A stretch of DNA of 64,000 nucleotides from positions 69,192,001 through 69,256,000 of the forward strand of contig OZ260663.1 of the NCBI GenBank assembly GCA_965285935.1, in the 5' to 3' direction. A program made the translations under genes and the position numbers. This DNA is from Ophelia neglecta (lineage: Eukaryota). Below, in pieces: positions 42,397-54,700 of this stretch. The notes under the pieces were generated by a model. That model had not been told where the DNA came from. It was given only the letters and a program-made list of their open reading frames with translations, and ran no database searches. Every line of letters starts with the position of its first letter. Positions within the stretch are counted from its first letter, which is position 1.

Positions 42397-44048
42397 CTGT
42401 AAACCCCTTATTGTTTGCGCGCTTTTTATTTCGCGACTTTCGCGAGGGTTACAAAATCGCAAACATTAATGTTCGCCAAATATAAAGGTCGCGATAATAA
42501 AAGGGCGCAAAAATAATTGGTCCCTAGCTAGCTCTAGCTAAACTGATCGTAAGTACTGGTATGCCAAGCTACGGCTACTGCACATCTGGTCCCCGGCGTG
42601 AACGGTCACCTGCTATGGCCGGCCGATATTTTAATGTACGAACTGTTTCTCCATTAAAAGTCCCTGCAACGAGCGGTCACCTGCTATACGCGGACAGTCC
42701 TACAGTGAACTTTTTCCCCTGCTACGAGGGGACAAACAACATATTTATTGATATTTTTGTACTGAATTTCCTTGCCTTCGACCGGAATTAAAAATATCTG
42801 TGCACGGCAGGACGCGAGTACATTTTTGACCGTTCTCCATATCAGCAACACGGTCCGAGTCGTGAAAGTTATAGTGGTTGTAGACACTTGTGAGATGGCA
42901 GAGCGATGTAAATTGATTTCAAAAAGGGAATGATTTTACCAGTAAGGCAACTTGTGTTGAACAGCAAAGGAAAATAAAAAATAATTTATAAAGAAATGCA
43001 TAAAATGTTTTATTTTGAGGGAACTCGGATGTAGTCCGTGTGACTCGGCACTCAGCGCATCCCATTGCCAAGTGGCCGGCCGCCATGTTTAAATTGTTAA
43101 CGATCTCCGACTTGTTGCTCACAGGTTCTTCAAGTTGTTTGAAAGATGTGTAAACATTTGATCACACACAAAGAACAAAGACTCTGTGAATAAATGTGTT
43201 TGTTTGTTGTGCAGCGATTACACGGGCATCATGCGTGTAATTATGTGTATAGGCCCGATCGATGACTGGCTGACAGTCGAATTGTTTGTAACAGCTTGGT
43301 TACGCTAGCCAAGATCCGTAGCTCTGGGCCCCTTCCTCGTGTATTATTTGGGACCCCTACGGTCCCACAGTGTCTGCATAGCTCAAATGTGACATTATAA
43401 ATGGACCTAGAGCTACGTATTTTGGATAGGGTTACGCTACTGAAGGACTGAACTTAAGAATATGTCACAAGGGACCGCATGCTGATCGAGTAGAATGCAT
43501 GTAACTTTTCACAATGTCTTCAAGAGGACTTTGTGAAAAGTTACATTCAGAATTCCATATTATTCTGCTGGAAATTAACACAGTGAACTTATTCATGGAA
43601 ATGTTTGTCCAAAAACAATTCATAATATATTTTTTAATAATTTTTGACAAAATAATAACAAAACAAAATTCCATGTATGATAACAATAAATACATACAAC
43701 TGATAAGCTTGTCATTATAGATAATTTAATAAATTAATCACAACAAATTCTGCATAGCCATTGTGTCGGGTGTCCTGTCCCTTCGATGAAGGGCCACCTC
43801 CAATGTATGGCCACTTTTGCTTGGATGGACAGGTGGCCCTACATCGCAGGGACTACTGTACCATTCATAACAGTTATGTTACAAATGCCAGACAGCACAC
43901 TGCAGAGGGTGACTAAGGGTTAAGGGGTACATAAACATGCAGGCAACTACAGGATAAAGGATAGCATATAGTGGATGAATGAAGAGTGCAAGAGTTAAAA
44001 TCACAAAATCGCGCACATTTTTAGGCGCGAATATTAAGGGGTTTACAG
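42397..44048. mobile_element. TA-flanked Tc1/mariner-type non-autonomous element carrying nested insertions
   Basis: TA|CTGTAAACCCCTTA ... TAAGGGGTTTACAG|TA with CG-rich (tcgcga) subterminal repeats. The interior holds a second MITE family (about 42580-43860) and a small hairpin element (43306-43428). Confidence 0.75.
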
Positions 44049-45073
44049 TAATAAAAAGTCATGACATGCATGTACAGGCTCTCCTTGGCTCTCTGGCAAA
44101 AAGACAAGATTTCAGCACCCTACAGCACGCATGCCACCTGGGTGTGAGCGCCATTAGTCATGTGGACTACTCACTATTTGTAACCTCGTAGGGGCAACAT
44201 CTGGTTGCGGTATTATGTTGCAACTCGGCAATGAAAGCAGTGCAGCCATCCACCCAGTGGCAAACACCTTTTGTACTCACAATGCTATTAGGCATGTGAT
44301 GGCCGATATTGTATCAAGCAATAAGTGATAAATTAAAAGTAGATAATGAAACTTTGGCTGATATATTCAAATTTAATAGGAAAGGATTTAAGGCAAAGTA
44401 ATTGCTATTTCACCGCTTTAGATAGATAACCACAATTTCTCGTAAGAGTTATTTAAACAGCTTGGAGTAATTGTGGAAGGTTGGAAAGTGAAAACTAATA
44501 CAGCCGGGTAAAAGCATTTGCCCAAGCCATTATTTCCTTCATATGTTGAAACCTTCCTTATATATACCACCTTTTGGGCCCCCCTCATGCTGCTAAAAAG
44601 ATTTCACAGGAATAAAAGTTTGTGTTAAAACAGAAGAAATGCTACGCGTTTATTAACTCTGCTTCCTGGTAAGGCAGTTCATACTAAACATCAAAACCAA
44701 CTGAAACCTCAAGAAACCAACCCAAACCAAGTTTACATTATCCAGAAATGTCATGTTAACATTGTTAGGTGTTTTTTGTTAAAAAAAAAGATTTATATCC
44801 GATCTTGCAATCAAATGGGCTTCGCATTTATGACACTTGCGCAAAGCTGACATGATTCTATGTGAACCCCCCCCCCCCCCTCATGGACTAGTAGCGACTA
44901 ACAAGAACATGCTCTGACCGGCGTGACAATCATGGAGAAAGTAAATACCGCTGGTAGGCATACAATCCTGTAATATCGCTCGACTGACGTATGTGTTAAG
45001 GGTCATTAACAAATCAAAGTGAGAATAGACATAAGTAACAGTTAGATTTTATGAAACAGAGTTACGTAATCAC

Positions 45074-45190
45074 CTTCGTCAAAGTGTTGTCATTGTCACC
45101 TGCAGAGAAGCTTAACTCGTAATTGAATAATTTATGACGATCCCCGTTTTCGGAAATTCGCACACGGTAATTACGGAAAGCACCTTTTAC
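45074..45190 (-). other. Putative non-coding first exon of TDRKH
   Basis: Donor AAG|GTGATT at 45074/45073 in a CpG-containing patch next to the TXNL1 promoter. The ATG exon has an acceptor (ttaacag| at 31079), so an upstream exon is needed. Would imply a ~14-kb first intron. The 5' boundary is a guess. Confidence 0.45.
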
Positions 45191-45193
45191 CTG

Positions 45194-45208
45194 CAGCGCC
45201 ACCTGGAG
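45194..45208 (-). promoter_or_regulatory. CTCF-like site CTCCAGGTGGCGCTG in the TDRKH/TXNL1 divergent promoter
   Basis: Near-consensus motif abutting the left TSD of the foldback element. Motif match only. Confidence 0.4.
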
Positions 45209-45502
45209 TTTCATCGGGAGTCCCTAAACGGAGGATCTAATATAGGAGGATGCACCTGCGCCATGTATAAGCGCGCATTTGGAGGATGCACCTGCGCCAT
45301 GTATAAGCACATCCGCCAATTGATTTGGAGGATGCATCTGCAGCCATGTATAAGCGGCGCCGCACTAAACCGCGGATGTTGGTAATATATTAGCAGCCAT
45401 ATATTGGGCGGTCATGGCGGACACTATATATATGTGGGCCTGGGTGGGATACATGGCGGATGTGCTGGCAGAGTACTGGGCAAGGTATCCGTTTTTAGTT
45501 TA

Positions 45503-45792
45503 GGGAGCGTTCATTATTTATGGCCGGGGGGGGGGGGTGGTCTCAGATCTGAAGTCTCAGATATTAGGGACGGACCATTTGATATTTGGGGGGGGGCCTA
45601 GAAAATTTTGGAAAAAAATTGTTTGTTTTCACTTTTGTACAATATATATTTCTAAATAAAATTGCGCACCCTGTGAATAGACTAAAAAAAAACTGTCCCC
45701 CCCATGGAAATGGGTTGAAAAAAAACTGTCCCCCCCATGTCCCCCCCCAAATTTACCACCCCCCCCCCCGGCCATAAATAATGAACGCTCCC
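45503..45792. mobile_element. Nested PIF/Harbinger-type MITE (MITE-1)
   Basis: TIR GGGAGCGTTCATTATTTATGGCCGGGGG at both ends, flanked by TTA on both sides. Confidence 0.75.
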
Positions 45793-46311
45793 TTAGCAAT
45801 AGTAGGTGTACTATTATTATACATGAGTTTTTCTTCTTTTTTCAGGAGTTCCTCATCCCACATACCTACAATCAGATACGTTGCACTATATTGCCTGTAG
45901 CCTGTAGGCCTGTATCTACCTCTATACGAATTACTATGTACTTTTCAGCAAACTTTCAAGACTTGTTAACTTTCAAGTTATTTTTTTAATGATGTAGAAC
46001 TATCTCTAGTCAATTTGCAATATAGGTAGTTAACTTCCTGAAATTCAGTGAAGAACTGAACTATCCAGGCTAGATCTCAGTTTTTAGCATGTGATAGACC
46101 AATCAGAATGACTTTCTGGGGAGTATCAATGACTTGCTAGCCAATCACCTATTATTTATCACAGGATTTCTAATTCCAATCAATTCTCACATTCACCTCA
46201 TAATTTGGCTAGGTGTGAAGAAAAGTCTCCAAAGTGTGTGAATATGTTGTTAGCAGTACACAATTGTGAATGGGAGAATAAAAGAGGGAACATCTGATTG
46301 CAACTCAATAA

Positions 46312-46589
46312 GGGACGGACCATTTGATTTCTGTGACAAACTTTTTTTTTCATCTTTTTAAGGAAACAATCTTTTTTTTTTCAATATACATGACCAACAA
46401 ACAATTTTTTTTCACCTTTGTATAATGTAAAACATTTTATTTATTGTTCCTGCACAGCAGTATTAAAAAAACATAAAATAATTCAATGCAGGGACCTATA
46501 CCCAAAAAACGTGTATTTATGGCCAACTGAAAACAATTTTTTTCCAAAATTTTCTAGGCCCCCCCCCCAAATATCAAATGGTCCGTCCC
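46312..46589. mobile_element. Nested PIF/Harbinger-type MITE (MITE-2)
   Basis: TIR GGGACGGACCATTTGAT / ATCAAATGGTCCGTCCC, flanked by TAA on both sides. Confidence 0.8.
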
Positions 46590-47036
46590 TAATATCTGAG
46601 ACTTCAGATCTGAGACCACCCCCCCCCCCCCGGTCATAAATAATGAACGCTCCCTAAACTAAAACCGGATACCTTGCCCAGTACTCTGCCAGCACATCCG
46701 CCATGTATCCCACCCAGGCCCACATATATATATAGTGTCCGCCATGACCGCCCAATATATGGCTGCTAATATATTACCAACATCCGCGGTTTAGTGCGGC
46801 GCCGCTTATACATGGCTGCAGATGCATCCTCCAAATCAATTGGCGGATGTGCTTATACATGGCGCAGGTGCATCCTCCAAATGCGCGCTTATACATGGCG
46901 CAGGTGCATCCTCCTATATTAGATCCTCCGTTTAGGGACTCCCAGTTTCATCGCAGATCGTCTGTGTTGTGCCGAATCACGGCTACCGGTCTGGTACAGA
47001 AGTAATTACGTTTTTACCGGCGAACCTACATCAAAT

Positions 47037-50000
47037 ATGGCTGGATCTGTAAAAATGATAGAAAACGACCAGCAGTTCCTTCCTGAATTGACGAATGCAG
47101 GAGCAAAGTTGGTTGTTGTTGACTTTTTCGCAGTTTGGTGAGTGTGCAAATTAATGCATGAGCGAAAATAGGGCAAGATTACATATCAACAACATATAAG
47201 TTGTAACCCGTTCTGCAAAAACGTTTGTTAGATATGGTAGAATCAATTTTGATGGGTCAAAATCTATTCCACCTTATAGAATAAATCACCGTCTTTATTA
47301 GAAAGAAATAACTCAACTCGATGATCTATTTAGATTGTAGGTGAATCTTTGAACTTGATCTGAAGCCTACATTAATGCAGGGTTCACAGGAAGGATAATT
47401 CTGGGTTGTGGCCAGAATGGGGGATTTGCCCCCATCTCTGACCTATTTAATGGGGCATTTTTCAAAGCAAAGGGGATACATTTTCAGTATAGTTTAATGG
47501 TCTATAATATGCCATTTGTTAATAGGATTATTCGATTTAATAAAACGTTGAAAGACCACTCAAGAATTATTGTGTCAAAAAAATCCAAGAGTAGACAGCA
47601 CTTTCTGGCCTTTGTCTGGCCTAAGACACATATTTGGTGGCATACTGTGCCAGCGAAGAAAAGCGGCTATGCGAAGTGAGATCAGCGGTAGTACTAAGGA
47701 AATTGTGTCCCGTTAGAGATCATGAACAAAACCTGGCCTGGGAAAAAACCACTTTCGTGGGCTTCATTTACATGTATGTAGTTGGTTATGAACGGGTATT
47801 GGTATCAACACATTTAACAACTACGGGACATAGCAGAATAATCCCTGGGTTCATTCTAGGATTGAAAGCTGATGGGACAAATGACCCACTGCCAACAATT
47901 TTGATGGGTCAGTTTTGAAATCAATGGGTTACCCTTTTTTTCATTTTATTTTTTCAGAGAGGAATAGCAATAAACAGTTTGTTTTATTAATTTTAATATG
48001 TAGGAACTGGTATATTGAATATTGTCAAACAGGGTTCGAATTAATGGCGTCAGGGCCTTAATTTACCCACAAATATTAATTTGGGACCCAACATTTAACA
48101 TGCCTACACGTCCGCCGGACGCTTAAAAATCATTATGACTCAACTCCTGTAAATGTCCTTACTGCCCAGTTTTCGTTGTAAACTTGTTTGTTGTTTCGGG
48201 CCCCCTAGATCATTCAAAATTGAGTGCACAGGTAATTTTTTTCTAATTAGTTGACATGGTTATAGTTAATCCAATCACAACTAGGCTTACAAGGGGGCTT
48301 GGTTAATGGGTCAGGGAAAGGTTAGTATCAGGTCATGCAAATGGCGTGGTCAGCAAGCTCGTCATTTGGAGGCGAGGAATCATTAGAATCAAATCGATAT
48401 TTAAATTAAATATAGATATAGCTATCCTTAACCTGATGGATCGGTAACTGCCATTGTCTTCTGCCTGAAATTTTACTTATTTTCCCAATAGATTAAATTA
48501 GTGAATTAGAACATTGAATTTTGAATTCGTGTAGTGCAGCAATGAAATAAGCGATTTATGGCATAAGATACTTGTTCTGGTTTTCGAGCTAACTCCATTT
48601 TTGACATTTAAAGGTATAATTGTATGATCTCAAAAATATTCTAAATATTTATAAGAAGCAAAGTGTTTTATGGCCAGCATAATCTGGGGTATAAAACTGA
48701 GGCCCATGTATTTTTAGCAAATTTAGTAGCCCTTACTAGCTTAGGAGCAAAGACTGAAGCTGAGAAAAAAATTCTGGACATTGCAAGTGGTTTTAGAGGT
48801 ACATGTACATACATGTACATGTGGCAAAAGCTCATCCAATGGCAAGCTTACAAATGTTTCACGCCCAAAAATCCTAGTCCTTAAACAACAGCACAATATA
48901 TTGCATTCCCAGTTGAATAAACATAGGTTTCTTGACATTGTTTAATAATATTGTGCTAAATCAAAGCAGTAATTAATAATTTTGGATTGTTGTAATGTTT
49001 CCAATATTCAGGGTTTGGGTTGTTATAAAACATGCATTCAATGATTGAGAACGTAAATTCCCATGCAGAAATGGCATCATAAAGTCAAACAGAACAGGGA
49101 TCAGGATGAAAAATCACAAAATTTTGGGTATGATCATCTATCGAAAATTTGTGATTCTACCAAATATGTGAGATGCAAATACATGTAACTAGGCTCGACA
49201 CCTTCATGATGATGCATTGTCAGCACCTTCTTGGATTTGGCTAACAACAGTAAATTGTCATAAGTTTCATAACCTAGAGCAAGCAATGTTGCATTCAAAT
49301 ATATACAGCAGTAAATTATCCCAGTATCAATTTTTATGCACAAAAAGTGCTCTACTTTTTGCGAATGGGATATCCACTATTAAACTGCCAGTATGGTCGG
49401 CAGGACCTAATCAGGCTGTTAAAATATCCAGAATATCATCCATGCTGGTAAAAATGCTGGTAATTTTTACCTGCTTGGATGATTATTGTTGAAACCTTAT
49501 CTAGTTTAAGAATGTCTTGTACTTCTAGGTAGGCCTACTTCATGTGTTGTACTTCACCAACATGAATGGTTTTCTTAAGACACATAATAGAACGCTTTAT
49601 TAATCTGTCTAATGATTTTTTTCAAAAATCACTTGTTTAACCATGATATGCTTTGCTGAGTTTGATCACACTGCACTGTCACACAGACAATTTTACTTTC
49701 CTTTTCCATAGTGCCTTGTTAGATTTCAAAACTGCTGAGTATAATTTTTCCCTTTCCCAAAGAATTAACATTGTGAAAGTCCTTATTATTTCATTTGCCA
49801 ATTTCAGGTGTGGACCGTGTCAAAGAATAGCGCCTGTATTTGAATCGTTTTGTGCAAAGTACCCAAGAGCAGTTTTCCTCAAAGTAGATGTTGATAAATG
49901 TCAGGTAAAAATAATGTATAATGTGTATCATTTCTTAGGCAATATAATAATTAAACCTCATAAGATGTTTTAGGGTTAAGTTATGCCATTTATCGACATT

Positions 50001-53000
50001 TTTACCAGCATTTTTTCTTATAAATCCAATAATTAGGAGTGCTCATTGACCAGGTATTTCATTGCAGGCATATGTCAGTTGTTTTACCTAAACATACATG
50101 TGATGTAATGTATTAAGCAGAATCTCGGGTTAGTTGTAAAGAAATACTGACAACTTGAATTTTTTCTTTTTGCATTCCTAGGAAACCGCAGGCTCCAATG
50201 GGGTGTCTGCTATGCCAACATTCTTGTTCTTCAGGAACAAGACGAAGATTGACACCCAACGTGGAGCTGATCCAAATGCACTGGAAGAAAAAATTAAAAA
50301 GTGGTATGGCTCAGAAGAAGAGGAAGAAGATGGCGAGACAGCAGATGCAGTTGTTAAAGGACATGTAAGCTTTTAGTGGACTTGACATTTGTTTTACTGG
50401 GATTTGTTAAACTACTAGGTAGTAGTTTTCATGCCCCAAATCTGATTTTAAACTGCCATTTGTTTCTATTTTCACACATTTGTTGTACATACATTAAATT
50501 GATATTTTTGTAGGGAATCATTTCAATTATTCTTGGCTGTCAATTATTAAGGCCTATTTGTAATTGTTGCCAACTGCATTCTTCCTTATATATTGAAGAA
50601 ACTTTAAATAAATACTGTCAGAAAAGTTCACATGGATGTTAAATCCCTGCACAATGACCCATACATGCAAACTTGTATGTATCCCACTGTCACTGAAAAC
50701 TTTCATTGTTATGGACTATAAGACAGTAGCCTCTTGAATAGGGAACATTGCAACAAGAATTGATACTAATCTATTGTTTTTTTTATTGATATGACATTGA
50801 CATTTAATACACATGTACCAGTAAAAACCAAAGTATTCTTCTGATATATAAAGATAAATGCTTTGTTTCTTCCATAGATGGATTTGGCTTCGTTCCTTCA
50901 CAAAGGTGGATGTGAATGTCTGAATGAAGCAGATGATCACCCACTTGCTCACGCTCTGACAAGTAAAGGAGGTTACTTAGAATCAGACTGTGATGAACAG
51001 GTCACAAGTAGATTTTGTTTACTATCAGGTCTATTAAATATTAATAAGTTTTGAGTTATAATGTACATGATTAATGTAATTTTAGTTTAAGTGCCCATGG
51101 ATGGTATTGACTATTTGATTAATTGTTTTTTATTTATGTTATTTCAGCTTATTGTATCTCTAGCATTTAACCAGCCAGTGAAACTTCACTCCCTAAAATT
51201 AAATGGACCTGAAGGTTAGTTTTAACACTTGTCTTTCTCTGTAGTGCTGCTCTTTCATGGCCCAGGGTAGTTGGGAGGCTTGGATAGTAATTATCACCAT
51301 GATAATTATTAATCTGCATTTAATGAACAAAGTTCAGATGATTATAATTATTGCCCCACCCTTTTTTGAAAAAAAAAGTGGGGGTAAAATAATGTATTGG
51401 GCAATATCCTCTGGCATGGGTACAGCTGGTGTTGCCAAGCTAGCTACCATTAGTTTTGAATATTGTTTGGCCTCTCTTAGGCCCACACTAACTATATTTC
51501 AAAGGCATGGTATGTAGGCCTGAGAATTTTGTTTGATTAGGTTGTGCCACCCTAGTGCCCATACTGCTTCCTGTTACAGCATTATGTTGAAAAAAGCCAT
51601 TTCCAGTGTTTGAGAAATTTAAATATTTTGGAGGGGGGTCTAGGACTAAGTTTTTTATGGCAAAATTTGTACAGTTTTATTTATTTATTATTATGCCATT
51701 TTATGCAATTTCTAGTTTATTGAGCAAATGGGTTTGGGTGGGGGGGGGGGGGGAGGGGCCTCAGATCCACTCTTGCTTTGACTTTGCCAGGAGAGATTTT
51801 GTTACTGACATGTTTACTATCCCTTTTAATTTTAAGGGCTTTTCTAAATGCCTTGTTATAAATACGTTCTTTCATTAAACTTGTGTTGAGATGGAACTCC
51901 TCTTTTGTTTCAGATAAAGGGCCTAAGAATGTGAAAGTCTTCATTAACCAGCCACGAACCCTTGACTTTGACTCTGCGGAAAGTATGGAAGCAGTGCAAA
52001 CATTCGAGTAGGTACAGGGGAACATGGAGTAAACATATTCATATTAATTTGTTACTTTATTTAGTTGTTCATTCCTTTGTATTTGATCCTTTAATGTGAA
52101 CTTTTGGCAATAAATATTATTATTACATGTATTATTATTATTATTAAGGAATCCCATTGCCTGGATTGTCCTAAAATCCACCTTCACTTGTTCCAATAAT
52201 CCCCACCAAAAACATGGTTTATAGTCACCTGGGTGAAAACTAGCCGGTGATATTGGCACAAAGAAAACCCTCTTCTTTGCACTTTCTTCTCTCTAATAGC
52301 AATACTTTAACCATTATTTATTCCCTCACCATATTGGTAATATTTGCTGACCCGCATTAGAACCAGAAGAGTTGCCACTATCTTTGACAGATTGAACAAA
52401 ATATGGTAGTTTTGGACCATACATTAAATATTTATTTCATACATGTCAATCTCATCCTGTTGTTTTATAGCCAAGAGTCAACATCTCCTAGTCAGCCATG
52501 GCTTGTTGTCTCTAAGGGTCAATACCTTTCACATGTTACTAGTTATTATTTGTATGTCACTGTCCTTCTTTTTATTATACTTTAATATTCTTAATACATC
52601 TTAGAACAATAATGAGAAGATCTTGTGACAGATAAATTCAGTAGAATGAAATTTTTTTTGCAGGTTGACGCCTGAAGATATACAAAGTGGAAATTTGATT
52701 GAGCTTAGATATGTAAAATTTCAGAATGTTCAAAATGTTACGGTGAGTTATACATTTAAGACTTTACTAATTGTGAATTTAAAGGTTTCATAAATATATA
52801 TTTAAAATGAAATAACCAGAATATGATATGAAATTTACCAGGGTAGTGCACCAGATTGTGTATTATGTTTGAAGATGTAACAAACGTTTCATGTTGCTAG
52901 ATTGTTTTTTCAGTTATTTATAAAGGACAACCAGGCTGGCGAGGAGGTGACTCAGATTGACCATCTGTGTTTGATAGGATCTCCTGTCAGTGCAACCAAT

Positions 53001-53516
53001 ATGGCTGAGTTCAAACGGGTAAGAGCTGAAACCAATAAGCTGCTACCAAGATGTAATAATCTTCTTTTATCATATCCACTAGGGTTGAAATAACATGTAC
53101 AAAAGTTTGATTTGATATGACGCATTATTTGGTCATCTACATGTTAAAATACCAGCTCAGCATAATTCCCACTAGTGAAAGCTGGAAGTTAACAAATGAC
53201 CTAAATTTGTTAGCATTTACATTATTAGAATTGCTGTTAACTTTCTTGGTTGGCCCCTTTTGCCATATTCAAAAGGGGCTGGAAGTTTTTCATGCTGACT
53301 GACATTTCAGTTCACTGGCACATTTTCACTTCTTTGGCAGCAAGAAATGTTGGGCAGTCTCTGCCAACCGCTGGTTTGTTGATCTAGACAATAAGGTTGT
53401 GTCCAATGTCAGTATTACACCATATGCTCTTTTTTTTTTTTAATTAAGCTGAAGTGCTTACAGTTATTATATTCTTTTTTTTTCAGGTTGCTGGAAAAAA
53501 AGGAGAAAGTCATTAG
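47037..53516 (+). CDS. TXNL1: Thioredoxin-like protein 1 (Trx + PITH domains), 292 aa, 9 exons
   Basis: Exons 47037-47137, 49808-49904, 50182-50364, 50878-51000, 51148-51214, 51914-52007, 52664-52742, 52914-53018, 53487-53516. All GT-AG and phase-consistent (879 nt). WCGPC active site, PITH motifs (CECLNE, LESDCDEQL, YVKFQNVQ), C-terminus FKRVAGKKGESH*. Confidence 0.97.
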
Positions 53517-53995
53517 GAATATTTTTAAATTGTGAAGTACAGATTAGTTTTGAGAATTTGATTTTTATCAACTCAATCTGTTATTCCTACCAATTAATTT
53601 TTTTCTTCAAAATGGAAAAAAATCAAGTAAATAGATGATGTCATTTATTTGATACGTGACATACTTATCAAGTATAACATTTTATTGAGAAGATCAGACT
53701 GTAAAACTAGAAGTGATAATTATTCAGCTTTTAACAACAATTTTTCAAACATTAGCCTATTTTTGTCCTTGTGTTACAGATTACATACAAAATGCTATAT
53801 TCTGTAGCTGCAAATTTAGTAGATCTACATGCCCCAGGTTTATGTTATCATCTGGGATGTAAATTTAAAGCTAGGTTGATATCCACTTGAAGTTTTGTAC
53901 CGAAGCATGCACCGTATCCTAACGTAAACTATTAAGCATGCTGCTGCAGGCATGAGACACATCTGTGATGTCAAAATCTGCACATCTGTATTCAC

Positions 53996-54001
53996 AATAA
54001 A
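53996..54001 (+). terminator. Candidate TXNL1 polyadenylation signal AATAAA
   Basis: About 480 nt after the stop, followed by T-rich sequence. A second AATAAA lies at 54111. Confidence 0.55.
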
Positions 54002-54377
54002 AATAACTTATCAAGGTATGCAATTGTCTACATTACTTGTAGTTTTATTTTGAAACGGTTTTATTTACTTGTCAAAAATTTCTGAAATAATTAGAAGTTA
54101 TATTATTAATAATAAAAGTAATAATACAACTTCTTCTGGGGCAATGGAATGAGTACAATAGAAATGTTTGATGACAGTGACACTCTCCGAGACAAACCTA
54201 GCGACCACTCTCCATGCATACAGTGGTTGGATTGGGACATAGACAGTACACCCAGTACATTTTAACATCAGCAGTGTACTATGTGCTGTTCTCCATATTA
54301 TGTGTTGCTTTACTTCATGGAAGTCATCAATGGGACATTGCGGTGCGCTGCATTAACATGGGATCTTGTGGAAACTT

Positions 54378-54700
54378 GACGGTGTGAGATAGGCACATAC
54401 TATGTATTGAACACTAATAGGATCTCATATTCAAGGAATCCAGTGGTGTCCTTGAATATCATCTTGAGTTTATTTTTCAAGGTCAAATCTTATCGGTGAG
54501 AGATAGAAATATAAAATGTTCTAAAAACTAATAGGAAATCATACAAAATGAATCCAGTGGAGTTCTTGAATTACACCTTGGGTTTATTTTTCAAGGTCAA
54601 ATATTAACGGTGAGAGATAGGCATATAAAATGTTTTGTACACTAATACGAAATCATTAACAAGGAATGCAGTGGTGTCGTTGTTTTTCACCTTGTAACTT
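54378..54700. repeat. Three diverged copies of a 114-bp tandem unit, probably part of a non-autonomous DNA/Helitron-like element extending to about 54870
   Basis: cggtg(t/a)gagatag at 54380, 54494 and 54608. Each unit contains aat(c/g)cagtgg; the first two end in tttattttcaaggtcaaat. Confidence 0.8.

Larger units (their letters stand above)
45216..46943. mobile_element. Non-autonomous foldback/Mutator-like DNA transposon (1,728 bp) with ~410-bp TIRs and a 9-bp TSD
   Basis: 45216-45624 is a near-perfect reverse complement of 46531-46943 (ends GGGAGTCCCTAAACGGAGG). Flanked by the direct repeat AGTTTCATC at 45207-45215 and 46944-46952. No transposase ORF. Long TIRs with a 9-bp TSD are typical of MULE/Foldback elements. 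Confidence 0.9.

Noticed and set aside
31168-44191. Short 60-115 aa ORFs in the long intron
   Set aside because: Random-composition ORFs without domains or splice support, apart from the LINE fragment listed as a feature.
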